From the sequence record MT360682.2: DNA of 49,828 nt. One strand, 5' to 3'. Origin of the DNA: Vibrio phage Vc1. A model generated the notes under the pieces. It did no database searches. It worked only from the letters and a program-made list of their open reading frames with translations, and was not told the DNA's origin. This document shows, piece by piece, positions 48,779-49,828 of this stretch; position 1 is the first letter of the stretch; every line of letters begins with the position of its first letter. A program made the translations under genes and the position numbers.

Positions 48779-49003
48779 TTGGCGACTTCATGGTTAAGTT
48801 GCAAGAGGATAAGCCTGATGAAGTGGCGCGTTAACTTAACGATTCGCCGACTGGGTAGAAGTTGCGGATCGTGCAAACAAGAATTTGAAACAGTTGTTAC
48901 GGCATGTAGTGCTGAAATGGCTGTAAGGCTTGCGAAGGATTATTCCGGCGCAGAGCCGGAAACACATAAATTTTCTATCAACCGTTTGGAGGTGTTTAAA
49001 TGA
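48779..49003 (+). CDS. Hypothetical Cys-containing small protein
   Basis: RRLGRSCGSCKQEFETVV. Confidence 0.4.
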   Translation: MATSWLSCKRISLMKWRVNLTIRRLGRSCGSCKQEFETVVTACSAEMAVRLAKDYSGAEPETHKFSINRLEVFK

Positions 49004-49230
49004 TTGCATTTATTGGCGGGTTTGTTGTTTGTGGCATTATCGCATTTGTTCTTTACTTAGTTATCTGCCATGGGAGAATCGCTTGTGTTAAGGATAACGA
49101 AATGACTTTTGCGGTGTACAATAACAAAGAGGACACCCGGGAAATCCCGCAAACCTTTGATCACGTTGTGAAAATCATTGAGACACGTCGAAAGTTTGGT
49201 AAGCCTGGTGCAATCAAATACATCGACTGA
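49000..49230 (+). CDS. Small membrane protein
   Basis: MIAFIGGFVVCGIIAFVLYLVI. Confidence 0.5.
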   Translation: MIAFIGGFVVCGIIAFVLYLVICHGRIACVKDNEMTFAVYNNKEDTREIPQTFDHVVKIIETRRKFGKPGAIKYID

Positions 49231-49234
49231 TACA

Positions 49235-49260
49235 CTAACCCGCTACGGCGGGTTTTTTTG
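49235..49260 (+). terminator. Terminator-like AACCCGC-TACG-GCGGGTTTTTTT
   Basis: Direct reading. Confidence 0.75.
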
Positions 49261-49306
49261 TGTCTGCGATTTGCTATAATCCACACGGAAACAGGAGGGA
49301 TTACAC

Positions 49307-49828
49307 ATGATCAAAAAAGAAACGGGAGCGGCTGAAAGCCTGAACTTTAAGAAACTTTATAACAAACAATACACCGATATTGTTGGCGGCAGCATCAATA
49401 ACAAGTCGGAATTAACTCCAGAACAGCTTATGCAACTTGTCGTTAATTATTTTGAGTGGGCGGAAACCAACGCTATTAAAGCTGGTGGATCTGAATCATT
49501 CCAGGGTCGCACGTATCAAGATACGATCCACAGGCCGCGAGTCTTTACGTGGAATGGGCTTACTCTTTTTCCCGGTGTATCAACTGGAATTATTCAGCGC
49601 TGGAAACGACAGCCCGGCTACATGGAAGTGTTAGACTTTGCGGATATGGTTATTCGCGAACAAAAATACCAGTACGCCGCAAACGGAATGATTAACACAA
49701 ACATGATCGCTAAAGAGCTTGGCATTGATAAAGGCGACACGTTCAATATTTCAGCCAATGCAGAGGCAGAAGCCAACACGGAAGAAGCTATGGAGAAAGC
49801 CGTCGAGAGCGTATTGAGCAAGCTGTAA
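49307..49828 (+). CDS. terS: Terminase small subunit-like
   Basis: HRPRVFTWNGLTLFPGVSTGIIQRWKRQPGYMEVLDFADMVIREQKYQYAANGMINTNMIAKELGI; adjacent to terL if circularised. Confidence 0.75.
   Translation: MIKKETGAAESLNFKKLYNKQYTDIVGGSINNKSELTPEQLMQLVVNYFEWAETNAIKAGGSESFQGRTYQDTIHRPRVFTWNGLTLFPGVSTGIIQRWKRQPGYMEVLDFADMVIREQKYQYAANGMINTNMIAKELGIDKGDTFNISANAEAEANTEEAMEKAVESVLSKL

Noticed and set aside
49270-49285. TATAAT upstream of terS as a module copy
   Set aside because: Good -10 hexamer but no box at the expected distance; treated as an ordinary promoter candidate only.
1-49828. CRISPR array, tRNA or rRNA genes
   Set aside because: No regularly spaced direct repeats with unique spacers and no convincing cloverleaf or rRNA sequence noticed by eye; tRNAscan-SE would be decisive for tRNAs.

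Overview
The window looks like an essentially complete genome (~49.8 kb) of a tailed siphophage. It is linearised between a small-terminase-like gene (49307-49828) and a large-terminase-like gene (4-1575). Left block (1-18840): terminase, DUF1073-type portal, Mu-F-like protein, DUF2213-type protease/scaffold, DUF2184-type capsid, head-tail connectors, tail tube, a tail chaperone pair with a textbook -1 frameshift site, tape measure, and lambda M/L/K/I/J-like tail tip genes. Centre and right: RecE-like nuclease, ERF annealing protein, SSB, primase zinc-ribbon protein, SF2 helicase, VRR-NUC, phage Dam, metallophosphoesterase, DUF3987 ATPase, C5-MTase-like protein, HAD phosphatase, dNMP kinase and many small ORFans. 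The strongest unusual signal is a dispersed, strictly spaced intergenic module. It has a 15-bp dyad-like box (best form TAGCA-N5-TGCTA), a variable and often hairpin-forming spacer, a -10-like hexamer starting 37 nt (occasionally 36) after the box start, and then a CAACGAAAC or ACCAATCA leader just before the RBS. I count 15 full-length and 2 truncated copies. All lie outside the structural operon and occur on both strands. Other notable signals are nested inverted duplications of structural and MTase gene fragments with frameshifts (natural rearrangement or assembly chimera) and an SSB C-terminal tail with perfectly uniform codon choice. No database search or alignment software was used; family names come from recognition of sequence motifs.
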